Source: Candidatus Micrarchaeota archaeon
GTDB taxonomy: Archaea > Micrarchaeota > Micrarchaeia > Micrarchaeales > CABMGC01
DNA length: 60,272 bases
Direction of reading: 5' to 3'
Assembly (NCBI GenBank): GCA_028867435.1
Contig: JAGWGI010000005.1
Span: 1-60,272, forward strand
This document shows positions 18,721 to 27,695 of the stretch, piece by piece. Every line of letters starts with the position of its first letter. Position 1 is the stretch's first letter. The position numbers were made by a program, and so were the translations under genes. A model generated the notes under the pieces. That model ran no database searches. It worked only from the letters and a program-made list of their open reading frames with translations, and had not been told where the DNA came from.

Positions 18721-19281
18721 TCACTTTTGTTCTGCTACCTGCTCCACTGGCTTTGCCTCAGATGTCTGAGGTGCTTGCTGGGCCGCTGTAGGAGGCGGAG
18801 CAGTGTCAAGTTTTATCGGCTTGTAATATCCTATTCCGTTCTCTTCGGTCTGCATAACCATGTATCCTGGCGATGTTATCCTCTTGCCCCCAACTGAGAT
18901 GAAGCCGTGGGTTATGAGTTGCCTGGCCTGCTTTATGCTCTTTGCCAGCCCCTTGTTGAAGACCATGGTCTGTAGTCTCCTGTTGAGCAGTGCGTCTATG
19001 TTAATTATCAGCAAATCGTCGAGCACAGCGCTCGGGCTCACCACATTGTACTTTGCAAGCCTTGCGACCATCTGCTTGCCGACTTCCTCTTCCGCCTTTC
19101 CGGAAAGCACCTCCCGAATATTCCTCCTTATCCTTCTCAGCTCGCTTGCCGCCATCCATACTTCCTTGAGATTTCTTAAGCCGAATCTTTCCTGTATCTT
19201 GTGCTCCTCGTCTATCCTCTGCTTCTCCCACATGAAGCCTGGCCGTTCATAGGTCTTTCTAAGTCTTTTCGGAGCTCCCAA
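18721..19281 (-). CDS. rps4: 30S ribosomal protein S4
   Basis: TTG start 19281 gives [14 protein letters not shown]; [28 protein letters not shown]. Confidence 0.96.
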   Translation of the reverse strand: MGAPKRLRKTYERPGFMWEKQRIDEEHKIQERFGLRNLKEVWMAASELRRIRRNIREVLSGKAEEEVGKQMVARLAKYNVVSPSAVLDDLLIINIDALLNRRLQTMVFNKGLAKSIKQARQLITHGFISVGGKRITSPGYMVMQTEENGIGYYKPIKLDTAPPPTAAQQAPQTSEAKPVEQVAEQK

Positions 19282-19285
19282 TAAA

Positions 19286-19810
19286 TCACTTCTTCTTTTC
19301 CTCTGCCGGCTTTGCGCCCGCAGTTGCAGGTGCAACGCTCTTCTTCATGACTCCGATAGTCTCGCCGGTCCTGCCAGTCGACCTTGTGCGCTGACCTCTC
19401 ACCTTCTGCCTGTACTGGTGCCTAAAGCCCCTCCAGGACTGGGACCTTATCTCAGCTTCAATGTCCTGCCTTGTCCTGACTATCAAGTCACTCCCTACAA
19501 GGTGCATGCTCTGGTTAGTATCTGTGTCTCTTTGTCTGTTGAGCAGAAATGTCGGTATGCCAAACTTAGCAGGCTCCTTTATCACGGATTCGAGCTCCTC
19601 AACCTGCTTGTCGTCAAGCGAGCCTATTTGCGTGCTGGTCTTTATGTCGAACTTCCTCTCTGCAATCAGCGCGATTCCTCGCGCCATGTTAAGCCCTATT
19701 CCCTTTACCTGATTGAGCGCCTTTGCTATTGGAAAGCTGCCGTTGATGTCTCTCCCGGCTATTCTGACTATGCTCTCTTCCTTCTTGCTTGGACCTCTTT
19801 GCTCAGCCAT
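19286..19810 (-). CDS. rps13: 30S ribosomal protein S13
   Basis: IVRIAGRDI, KGIG, SWRGFRH...KVRGQRTRSTGR. Confidence 0.97.
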   Translation of the reverse strand: MAEQRGPSKKEESIVRIAGRDINGSFPIAKALNQVKGIGLNMARGIALIAERKFDIKTSTQIGSLDDKQVEELESVIKEPAKFGIPTFLLNRQRDTDTNQSMHLVGSDLIVRTRQDIEAEIRSQSWRGFRHQYRQKVRGQRTRSTGRTGETIGVMKKSVAPATAGAKPAEEKKK

Positions 19811-19834
19811 CTAAAACACTTTCAATACTTGGTA

Positions 19835-19950
19835 CGCCAGGGTTGGGATATTCAGCATAATGCATTTGAACCCAAAAGGCCTTGCGGCCATACGCTCACA
19901 GGAAAATAAATTTTCCAGGCGTACGCGATACCGGATTCCGCCACCCTGGC
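19835..19950 (-). tRNA. tRNA-Ser(GGA) with two 16-nt introns (37/38 at 19897-19912; 59/60 at 19849-19864)
   Basis: Acceptor GCCAGGG/CCCTGGC, anticodon arm TACGC-CTGGAAA-GCGTA after splicing, long variable arm GGCCGCAAGGCC; T-loop intron forms a textbook BHB (GGG/CCC, TTCA/TGAA, GCAT/ATGC). Confidence 0.92.
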
Positions 19951-20119
19951 ATGCTATACATATGATTAACTAATATTAAAAAGCTAACCGATTTAACAAC
20001 TATACATTGACACAATAGGTATTTAAACGTTAATTGTTCCAGTGCAGGATTTCTTTATAAACGAACATCCAATGAGGCTTATAAACCCCAAATCCAATTC
20101 GATTAGGACGGTGATCCGC

Positions 20120-21127
20120 TTGAAAATTGGAAACGATTTCTCAGAGCTTGAGCGACATGACAATCCAGTTTGTCCAGAGTGCAAGAAAGGCAGGCTCGTT
20201 GACGATCCTGACAGCGGCGAAATACACTGCAGGTCCTGTGGCTTTGTATCAAAGGAAAAGACTCAGGTTGTAGATGTCTCAATTTCTAAAGACCTTTTCA
20301 GAAGCACCCCCAAAACTGGCACATCAAAAGATAACCCGGTATTAATAGATCCGATAAATAAGGATTTCTATGGCCGAAGCATATCGCCAGCAATGGTCGA
20401 AAGTATGAACAGGCTCAGAACCTGGGACTTAAGAAGCCACGCAAAGCCGGGAAGGGATAGGAATCTCAGTAAGGCATTGCCCAAAATATTTACTTGGTCT
20501 AGAAGCCTGAGTATCGGTGATAACGCTGCCAATAACGCGGCTAGTATATATCAAAAAGCCATAGCCTTCAAGCTTACAAGAGGCAGGTCTATGGAGGAAA
20601 TGGCAGCCGGGGCGGTTCTCAGCTCATGCAAGATAAATGGAATACCGCGCAGCGATAAGCAAATCGCTCAGATTGCAGGGCTAAAACTTAAGGGCGTCAG
20701 GAGGGCGTACAGGCTGATATTTATGTCGCTTGGCCTTTCTGCAGATGTTGCAGACCCTAAAGTTTTCGTACCCCCAATTGCCAGTAAGATAAATCTTGAG
20801 CCACGGGTTATCAGGCTTGCCGGCAAAATACTTGACGAAGTATCCACAGCGGACATAAGGATTGGAAAGAACCCGATGGCCCAAGCCTCAGCCGCACTTT
20901 ATCTTTCATGCGTAAAATTCAAGGTCGATGTGACGCAGAACTCTATCTCCTCGGCTTCAGACATCTCAGGGGTTACGATTAGGAGAACATCACATCTAAT
21001 CAATGAAATCCTAAAGCAGCCCATACCAATTTCAGTTGGGCCGAAAAAGGCAAACTCTCTGCCAGGAAGCGGGGTTAAGGGTGCGATAAGAGACAGGCAA
21101 CATCCAAACGCCACAAAAATCCACTGA
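20120..21127 (+). CDS. tfb: divergent transcription initiation factor TFB paralogue
   Basis: CPEC...GEIHCRSCGFV zinc ribbon, RLRTWD, RNL, RGRS, GKNP, TQ..VTIR; TTG start after GGTGAT (GTG 20111 also possible). Confidence 0.88.
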   Translation: MKIGNDFSELERHDNPVCPECKKGRLVDDPDSGEIHCRSCGFVSKEKTQVVDVSISKDLFRSTPKTGTSKDNPVLIDPINKDFYGRSISPAMVESMNRLRTWDLRSHAKPGRDRNLSKALPKIFTWSRSLSIGDNAANNAASIYQKAIAFKLTRGRSMEEMAAGAVLSSCKINGIPRSDKQIAQIAGLKLKGVRRAYRLIFMSLGLSADVADPKVFVPPIASKINLEPRVIRLAGKILDEVSTADIRIGKNPMAQASAALYLSCVKFKVDVTQNSISSASDISGVTIRRTSHLINEILKQPIPISVGPKKANSLPGSGVKGAIRDRQHPNATKIH

Positions 21128-21215
21128 TCTCACACTTCCGTACACATTCATGAAGGTTTGAGTACAAAAACCAACTAAGGCTTATAAATAGCAAAACAGA
21201 TTGGTATCTAATTAC

Positions 21216-22085
21216 ATGCCTATGAATTGGGGGATACAAGATGCGCTCCCTGGCAGGAGGAAAGATGACGAATGCCCTGAGTGCAAAGGCACGCTCATAG
21301 AGGACAAGGATCACGGAGAGCGAGTGTGCGTAGGTTGCGGCTACGTTTCGAGCCAGCTAATTGCAGATCCGGATCTAAAAGAAAGAACCCTCCCGGTGTC
21401 CTACAGCAACGCATCAACCATAGGCCCATCCAATGCCGATTATTCCGGTAAGCGGATAAGCGGCGTAGTCAGAAACAGAATTGAGAACATGCGCCTTGAG
21501 GATTGGAGGAGCAAGAAATCAGGGACAGCAAGAAAACTCGATGAAGCACTTCCAAACCTTATAAAATGGACCGGGCTTCTTGGCATGCCAGATGTCGCAG
21601 TCACGCATACTTTTACAATATTGACCAAGGCCATTAGGAACGGAGTGACAAAATGGAAGAATGAGGATGCCATGATTGCGGCATGCATTTACAAAGCGTG
21701 CAAACACCACAATCTTCCCATCAACGTAAGGATGCTCTCGGTCACAACCGGCGTCACAAAAAAGAGCATAAACCGTGCGATTTCACAGCTCATGAGGGCA
21801 CTAGAGCTAAACTCCGTAATAATAGATCCCACCTCCATCCTTCCAAAATACGCAAACAATGTGGGTCTGTCAGAAAAGGCGAAACGGGAGGCCATGAGAA
21901 TGCTAAAGCACATAGAAGGCAAGATCGAGTCCATGGGCAAACCGCCCTCAACTCTGGCAGCCTGTGCAGTATACGCCTCGGCTCTCAGGAACAAGGAGAA
22001 CGTCTCTCAAGCGGCACTAGAAAAAATTTCGCACGTTACCAGCGTTACAATACGAAAAAACTACAGAACGTTCCTTAAAACCTAG
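21216..22085 (+). CDS. tfb: second divergent TFB paralogue
   Basis: CPEC...GERVCVGCGYV, AACIYKAC, GLSEKAKREA, GKPPSTLAACAVY, VTSVTIRKNY. Confidence 0.85.
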   Translation: MPMNWGIQDALPGRRKDDECPECKGTLIEDKDHGERVCVGCGYVSSQLIADPDLKERTLPVSYSNASTIGPSNADYSGKRISGVVRNRIENMRLEDWRSKKSGTARKLDEALPNLIKWTGLLGMPDVAVTHTFTILTKAIRNGVTKWKNEDAMIAACIYKACKHHNLPINVRMLSVTTGVTKKSINRAISQLMRALELNSVIIDPTSILPKYANNVGLSEKAKREAMRMLKHIEGKIESMGKPPSTLAACAVYASALRNKENVSQAALEKISHVTSVTIRKNYRTFLKT

Positions 22086-23549
22086 CTAGTCCTTTTTCTC
22101 GCTCCCCCCTGCCTTCTTATCAGACTTGACTGTAGGGAAAAGTATGACCTCCTTTATCGATGGTGCATCAGTTAGGATGTAGACCAGCCTGTCGATGCCA
22201 ATTCCGCATCCTGCGGTAGGCGGCATGCCGTATTCCATCGCCTCCAAGAAATCTTCGTCCCTGGGCGGAGCCTCATCATCCCCTCTCTTCCTCTCAGATT
22301 CCTGATCCCTGAACTTCCGGTTCTGCTCTACAGGATCCGTAAGCTCTGAATAGTTGTTAGAGAGCTCCTTCCCTGCTATGAACAGTTCGAATCTCTCACT
22401 CAGCTTGTCGTTTCCACGCTTGTCCTTGGTGAGCGGGCACATATACGAAGGATAGTCCAGCACAAAGGTGGGGTTCTCAAGTTCCCCCTGCACATACTTA
22501 TCGAAGAGCGCATCAGCCACATGCACGGCGTTCTTTGTCGGGATATCGAGCTTCTCCTTTGCCGCTACCCTTTCGGCCTCCTTATCATCCATCTTGGATA
22601 TGTCAATTCCAGATTTCTTCAATATCTCATCGACCAGATAAATGCGCCTGAAAGGCGGCTTGAAGCTGACCTTCTTTCCTTGATAATCAATTTCATGTGA
22701 GCCTTTTATTTCCTTCACCATTCCGCTCATCATCTCCTCAAGGAGATCCATGAAGGTGTTATAATCGCCGTACGCCTGGTAGAATTCCAGCATGGTGAAC
22801 TCAGGGTTGTGGCTTGCGTCGACAGCCTCGTTCCTGAAGTCTTTTGAAAGCTCGTACACCCTCTCCATCCCTCCTATTATCAGCCTCTTTAGGTACAGTT
22901 CGTCGGATATCCTAAGATACAGCTTGGTGTCCAAGTAGTTATGGTGGGTTGTGAATGGCTTTGCCGCTGCACCTCCGTACACCGGCTGGAGCACAGGGGT
23001 CTCAACTTCAAGGTATCCCCTGTTGTTGAGGAAGCTCCTGATGTAGTTTATCACTTTCGCGCGAGTGGTGAACGTATTCCTGCTCTCCGGATTCATGATG
23101 AGGTCAAGGTACCTCTTCCTGTACCTCAACTCTACATCTGTTAGCCCGTGGAACTTCTCTGGCAAGAACCTCAGAGACTTTGCAAGCATCTTTGCCTGAG
23201 ATATCTCAATGCTCACTGCACCTCTTTGGGTCTTGATGACCTTGCCTTCCACCCCCAAAATGTCTCCCACGTCCGTTAGCTTGATTATTTCTTGCGCCTC
23301 CTTTGCCATCACATCAGATTTGCCAAGAAGCTGTATCTTTCCAGAGCCGTCTAGAAGGTCAAGGAAATACAGCTTGCCCATCTCCCTCATCCCAACTATC
23401 CTGCCCGCAACGCTCACCGATTTGCCCTCCAGCTTTGAGAATGATTCTATTATCTGCTCAGAATGGTGCGTCTGGTCGTAAGAATAAGGGTAAGGGTTTA
23501 TCCCCATTTCTTTGAGCTTTCTCATCTTTTCGAGCTTTATTTGGTCCAT
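22086..23549 (-). CDS. lysS: lysine--tRNA ligase, class II
   Basis: RYRKRYLDL, YGGAAAKPFTTHHN, FRNE, HNPEFTMLEFY, YGMPPTAGCGIGIDRL. Confidence 0.98.
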   Translation of the reverse strand: MDQIKLEKMRKLKEMGINPYPYSYDQTHHSEQIIESFSKLEGKSVSVAGRIVGMREMGKLYFLDLLDGSGKIQLLGKSDVMAKEAQEIIKLTDVGDILGVEGKVIKTQRGAVSIEISQAKMLAKSLRFLPEKFHGLTDVELRYRKRYLDLIMNPESRNTFTTRAKVINYIRSFLNNRGYLEVETPVLQPVYGGAAAKPFTTHHNYLDTKLYLRISDELYLKRLIIGGMERVYELSKDFRNEAVDASHNPEFTMLEFYQAYGDYNTFMDLLEEMMSGMVKEIKGSHEIDYQGKKVSFKPPFRRIYLVDEILKKSGIDISKMDDKEAERVAAKEKLDIPTKNAVHVADALFDKYVQGELENPTFVLDYPSYMCPLTKDKRGNDKLSERFELFIAGKELSNNYSELTDPVEQNRKFRDQESERKRGDDEAPPRDEDFLEAMEYGMPPTAGCGIGIDRLVYILTDAPSIKEVILFPTVKSDKKAGGSEKKD

Positions 23550-23586
23550 CAGAACACTTATCGCAAAACTGTTATAAAAACCGATG

Positions 23587-24501
23587 CTAACCTCTCCTCA
23601 CCATATCAGTGATGTAAGCCGCAGCTCCGATGAGCACTACATCCTCGCCAAGAGGTGTGATGGCGATTTTTGGCATGGCATTTACCACATAGCTACCCAC
23701 ATACTTTTTGATCGGGCCCAATACCAACTCCCTGTTCTTTAGCGCTATAGAACCTCCTATGGTTATCAATTCAGGGTCGTAAGCGTTTATTATGGCTCCG
23801 ATTCCGCTCGCATTTATCCTGCCAATCTCATTTACTATCCGCTTTGCAAGAGGATCGCTCCCTGCATTCTCAAAAAGGTGCCGTGCGCCAATCTCCTCTA
23901 TCCTATCAAGCGACTCGCCGCTCTCTTTATACTCCTTGATTAGGCGCCTTGCGAATTTTGGGATATTTATTCCACCGCAATATGCCTCCCAGTGCCTGCC
24001 CATGCTGCCGCATCCGCACCTAAGCACCAGTTCCGTGTCTACAGAGCAATGCCCGATTTCATGCGCGTTACCGTCTTTCCCGAAAACCAGATTCCCGTCG
24101 GCAATTACTCCACATCCTATTCCTGTGCTCAGCGTGAGGTACACAAGGTTTCTCACTTTCTTTCCCGCACCAAATTTTTTCTCCCCGTAGACTCCAGCCA
24201 CGCAGTCATTAAGCAATTTACAGGGAACCCCGTATCTTTTTTCCAGGTGCCTGACAATTTCGAGCCTTCCTAAATCCAGGTTGATTGCAGTGGTTATTAC
24301 CCCGGCGTTGGAATCAAGAGGCCCTATCGACCCTATTCCTATCCCTCCCAGCCTACTGTATCCATCCACCATCTCAAATATCTGATCCAGCATCCTCTTG
24401 GCACTGCTTTTCTGATACTCCCCCTCACTCAGTCTGCCCCTCTGATCCACAACGGCAGTGCGCAGGTTTGTTGCACCGATATCAATACCTATAAATTTCA
24501 T
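23587..24501 (-). CDS. ROK-family sugar kinase (glucokinase-like)
   Basis: GIDIGATN, LLND, STGIGCG, GNAHEIGH, CGCG...HWEAYCGG. Confidence 0.92.
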   Translation of the reverse strand: MKFIGIDIGATNLRTAVVDQRGRLSEGEYQKSSAKRMLDQIFEMVDGYSRLGGIGIGSIGPLDSNAGVITTAINLDLGRLEIVRHLEKRYGVPCKLLNDCVAGVYGEKKFGAGKKVRNLVYLTLSTGIGCGVIADGNLVFGKDGNAHEIGHCSVDTELVLRCGCGSMGRHWEAYCGGINIPKFARRLIKEYKESGESLDRIEEIGARHLFENAGSDPLAKRIVNEIGRINASGIGAIINAYDPELITIGGSIALKNRELVLGPIKKYVGSYVVNAMPKIAITPLGEDVVLIGAAAYITDMVRRG

Positions 24502-24505
24502 GGAT

Positions 24506-24543
24506 GCATCTCACTTCTTGAAGAACGGGAAGGGCTCCGCAAG
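24506..24543. repeat. 38-bp direct repeat (32 bp exact, 1 mismatch), copy 1
   Basis: GCATCTCACTTCTTGAAGAACGGGAAGGGCTC(C/T)GCAAG, also at 37335-37372. Confidence 0.9.
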
Positions 24544-25185
24544 ATTGATCACGCTTATCGCCGCATGTTCCTCTGGCATGGTTGCACTCTCATTCACCTT
24601 GTCGTTGGCATAGTCGTAACTTACGAAACTTGCCCGTTTTCCGAAGCTAGTTTCCGCATAAACCATGGTGTTCTTTATGAAAGAGGGTATAGCTATCAGC
24701 CTTCTGCCATTGCTGTTAAATGCGTAGACACGGAGCAGGCCCTCCCCACCATGCAGGAATCCAAGTGCGCTAATTACCAAGGACTTGGCATCGCTTATCC
24801 TTACGCATTTCGCCTTGCCCGAATAACCCTTCTTCACCTCAAATGGCAGTCCAGAGAGCTCGAGTATCAGCATCTTCTGCAGCTTGAAATCGTGCCTCTC
24901 CTCCTCGCTCAGTTCGTCTTTAATCCCGCAACTTTCAGCCTCCTCCCCCTTTGGCAGGTAGACGCAGTATCTGCCCCTCTTCTCCACTTCCGCATAGTAG
25001 ACTATGCTCTCCTCTTCAAACCTCTCTCCGAAAGCAAAGAGCCTGTACCTTTTTCCCTCAGCAATTGCGAAGATCGGCTTAGGGGGCATGCCTTGGCTGA
25101 AGACGCATCTGGCCAAATCTAAAAGCGAGGCTAGCCTGACTATGTACACATTCAGTTCATTTTCTTTCTCCTTCTTTCCAGCCAC
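24511..25185 (-). CDS. hypothetical protein with internal two-fold repeat; paralogue of 37340-38029
   Basis: IVRLASLLDLAR / VRISDAKSLV repeat units; C-terminus NLAEPFPFFKK identical to the paralogue. Confidence 0.75.
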   Translation of the reverse strand: MAGKKEKENELNVYIVRLASLLDLARCVFSQGMPPKPIFAIAEGKRYRLFAFGERFEEESIVYYAEVEKRGRYCVYLPKGEEAESCGIKDELSEEERHDFKLQKMLILELSGLPFEVKKGYSGKAKCVRISDAKSLVISALGFLHGGEGLLRVYAFNSNGRRLIAIPSFIKNTMVYAETSFGKRASFVSYDYANDKVNESATMPEEHAAISVINLAEPFPFFKK

Positions 25186-25199
25186 AACATCACAAACAT

Positions 25200-25277
25200 T
25201 GGTGGGACTGAGGGGATTTGAACCCCTGACTTGCTGGTTAAAAGCCAGCCACTCTGGCCAAGCTGAGTTACAGTCCC
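25200..25277 (-). tRNA. tRNA-Lys(TTT), CCA encoded
   Basis: GGGACTG...GCTGG-CTTTTAA-CCAGC...GGTTCAAATCC...CAGTCCC-A-CCA. Confidence 0.97.
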
Positions 25278-25357
25278 TTTCAGGTTAACCAATGGAAGTT
25301 AGACTATTTAAATTTGATAGAAGATTTACTATCATGGGATCTTCGGCACGCGCAGGC

Positions 25358-26746
25358 ATGGCAAAGAATGGCGCAGATGCGGATCCAGAGAAAGACTTTG
25401 ACTGGGAGCTGCACCCCAATCTGGAGCGCTTCGTGCTCTCAGAGGTGAATCGCTTCCTGAATTCAAACAGCTTTGCCAAGGAACTCTCTGAGAAGATGCT
25501 TGTGCAGACTTCCACCAAATTTATTGACTGGATAGACCATATCTCTCTGCCAGAATCCGCAGTTGATTTGGACAAGCTTAGGGAACTAGGACTGCGTGAA
25601 TGGAAATGCGATGCAAAGCCTGACAACTCTCTGGTACTAAAGCATCCTAGATCCTACCTGTTCCCCATCCTTATAGCCGATTCAAAGTACATTGAAATTT
25701 CAATCAAGCCGGAGAGCATAGACGACTTCTCGCAAGCCCTTGGAAAAAATGCCAGAATACAAGGTGCACCTTTCTCGGAATTCAGGAAAGCAACGCTCAG
25801 CAGCCAGCACGGCACAGTATTTTCTGCCGTAGAGAGGAGGGGATATGACGGTTTCATTACAAGGGGTTTAGATGACGTGGGGGAGTATCTGGAGATACTG
25901 AGCCTCTTCTTCAACAGGCCCCGAAACTTTGTTGAGGATTCTGAAGGCTTGGGGGCTGTAGAAGAACTAATATCAGATTCAGTAAAACGCCTGGACAATG
26001 CAAGAGTTTCAGACGCGTTTTTCCGCGCCGAGCGGCCATATTGGCAGCGGCGCAACCGTGCAGGTCAGATTCAAAAGCTACGCCAAGATTCTCTGGGACT
26101 GGGATGGGGAAACCACGACCATCATACTTACCGCTCATCCAGGGAAAATTTTACTAGGATGATAAGCGTCTTTGAATCAATGGGTTACTCTTGCAGGGAA
26201 AAATACTATGCTGGGGAGAAAGCCGGTTGGGGGGCGCAGATACTCGAGCACAGTAAATGCAACATAGTTGTATTCACCGATGTCGACCTTGAAGCTAACG
26301 AGACCTCAATTGACTTTTCCCACAAGGGCCTCAAGGAAAAGGAAAAAAAGCTTGGAACAGTCGGGCTGTGGGTCGGGCTCCATGGAGAGAGCATATTGCA
26401 GGCAGGCATGCATCATCTTGAGGCAAGATTTGATTTCGAAAGGCTTAGTACCGACCTGCCGAAATTCGGAATAAACCTGATGCCACCCTTCTCCCACTTC
26501 GACTTCCTCAAGCAGGCCTTCACTGCAGGAGAAGTGTGGAAAGTCGATAAGAAGAGGCTTGGCAAACTTCTGCGAGGTCGGTACATAACCAAGGCGCAAT
26601 ACGACGTTTTTGCACAGGACGGAGCACTGGGGAGCCACATGGAGAACCTTGAAAGGGACCAAGGATTCAAGGGTTTTAACAGGAGCTCCGTCACCAAGAT
26701 CATCCTTGAAACGGATCCAAGAAAGCAGCACTTCACAGGGGTGTGA
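25358..26746 (+). CDS. VOC-fold metalloprotein resembling DUF1338/HglS (2-oxoacid dioxygenase-decarboxylase-like)
   Basis: NHDHHTYRS, GLWVGLHG...GMHHLE, LKQAFT, GSHMENLER...KGFNRSSVTKIILETD; start uncertain (25292/25334/25358). Confidence 0.55.
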   Translation: MAKNGADADPEKDFDWELHPNLERFVLSEVNRFLNSNSFAKELSEKMLVQTSTKFIDWIDHISLPESAVDLDKLRELGLREWKCDAKPDNSLVLKHPRSYLFPILIADSKYIEISIKPESIDDFSQALGKNARIQGAPFSEFRKATLSSQHGTVFSAVERRGYDGFITRGLDDVGEYLEILSLFFNRPRNFVEDSEGLGAVEELISDSVKRLDNARVSDAFFRAERPYWQRRNRAGQIQKLRQDSLGLGWGNHDHHTYRSSRENFTRMISVFESMGYSCREKYYAGEKAGWGAQILEHSKCNIVVFTDVDLEANETSIDFSHKGLKEKEKKLGTVGLWVGLHGESILQAGMHHLEARFDFERLSTDLPKFGINLMPPFSHFDFLKQAFTAGEVWKVDKKRLGKLLRGRYITKAQYDVFAQDGALGSHMENLERDQGFKGFNRSSVTKIILETDPRKQHFTGV

Positions 26747-26749
26747 GCA

Positions 26750-27694
26750 ATGACGAGAATATTAGTCACCGAACCGGAGTATTTCGATGAGGATGCAAGA
26801 AAGGAGCTGAGGAAGTCTGGCGAACTGGTCCTAAGGAGGCTTGGCAGGAAGCCGCTCGAGAAAATAATTCCTACAATTGATGTGCTTGTCGTAAGAATCG
26901 AGACCAAGGTCGACAGAAGACTGCTGGGCATGGCCAAACGGTTAAAGATAATCGGCTCAGCGACAACAGGCCTTGATCATATCGACCTGGAATTTGCAAA
27001 GGGCATGGGGATCAAGGTGATAAGCCTTCATGGGATTCACACTATCCCAACAGCAGAGCACACAATGGCGCTTATGATAAGCCTGTGCAGGAACATCCCG
27101 TGGGCACACATGAGCCTTAGCAAAGGCGCATGGCAGAGGCACAGGTTCATAGGCAGGGAACTTAACGGAAAAACGCTCGGAATAGTCGGACTAGGCAGAA
27201 TAGGAAAGCAGGTTGCAAAGTACGCGGTGCAACTGGGAATGAATGTCACGTACTATGACCCTAACGTTTTTCGGCAACCCCTAGCCAGGAAGATAACTTC
27301 GCTCCCAAAACTTCTAAGCGGCGCAGATATCCTAAGCATACATGCGAGCCTAACGAAAGAGACTAATGGGTTAATTGGCAGGAAAGAGATAAGCCAGATG
27401 AAGGAATCGTCACTGCTGATTAACACTGCGAGGGGCAAAATAGTAGATTACACTGCGTTGCTTGATGCCCTGGCCAAGCATGCAATAAGCGGTGCAGCTA
27501 TAGACGTATTCCCAAACGAGCCTCTTGAAAATCCGGCAGATCCAATAATCGCTTATGCCAGAAGACATCAAAACCTGCTTGTGACCCCGCATCTTGGGGG
27601 CTCAACAAGGGAAGCAATACACAGAGCAGGGCTTGAAGTCTCCACGAAAATAGGAATTGCACTGAAAGCAAACAGGCGCGAAGGAAAGCTCTAG
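26750..27694 (+). CDS. D-isomer-specific 2-hydroxyacid dehydrogenase (SerA-like, no ACT domain)
   Basis: GLDHID, TAEH, GIVGLGRIG, INTARG, DVFPNEP, TPHLGGST. Confidence 0.93.
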   Translation: MTRILVTEPEYFDEDARKELRKSGELVLRRLGRKPLEKIIPTIDVLVVRIETKVDRRLLGMAKRLKIIGSATTGLDHIDLEFAKGMGIKVISLHGIHTIPTAEHTMALMISLCRNIPWAHMSLSKGAWQRHRFIGRELNGKTLGIVGLGRIGKQVAKYAVQLGMNVTYYDPNVFRQPLARKITSLPKLLSGADILSIHASLTKETNGLIGRKEISQMKESSLLINTARGKIVDYTALLDALAKHAISGAAIDVFPNEPLENPADPIIAYARRHQNLLVTPHLGGSTREAIHRAGLEVSTKIGIALKANRREGKL

Positions 27695-27695
27695 T

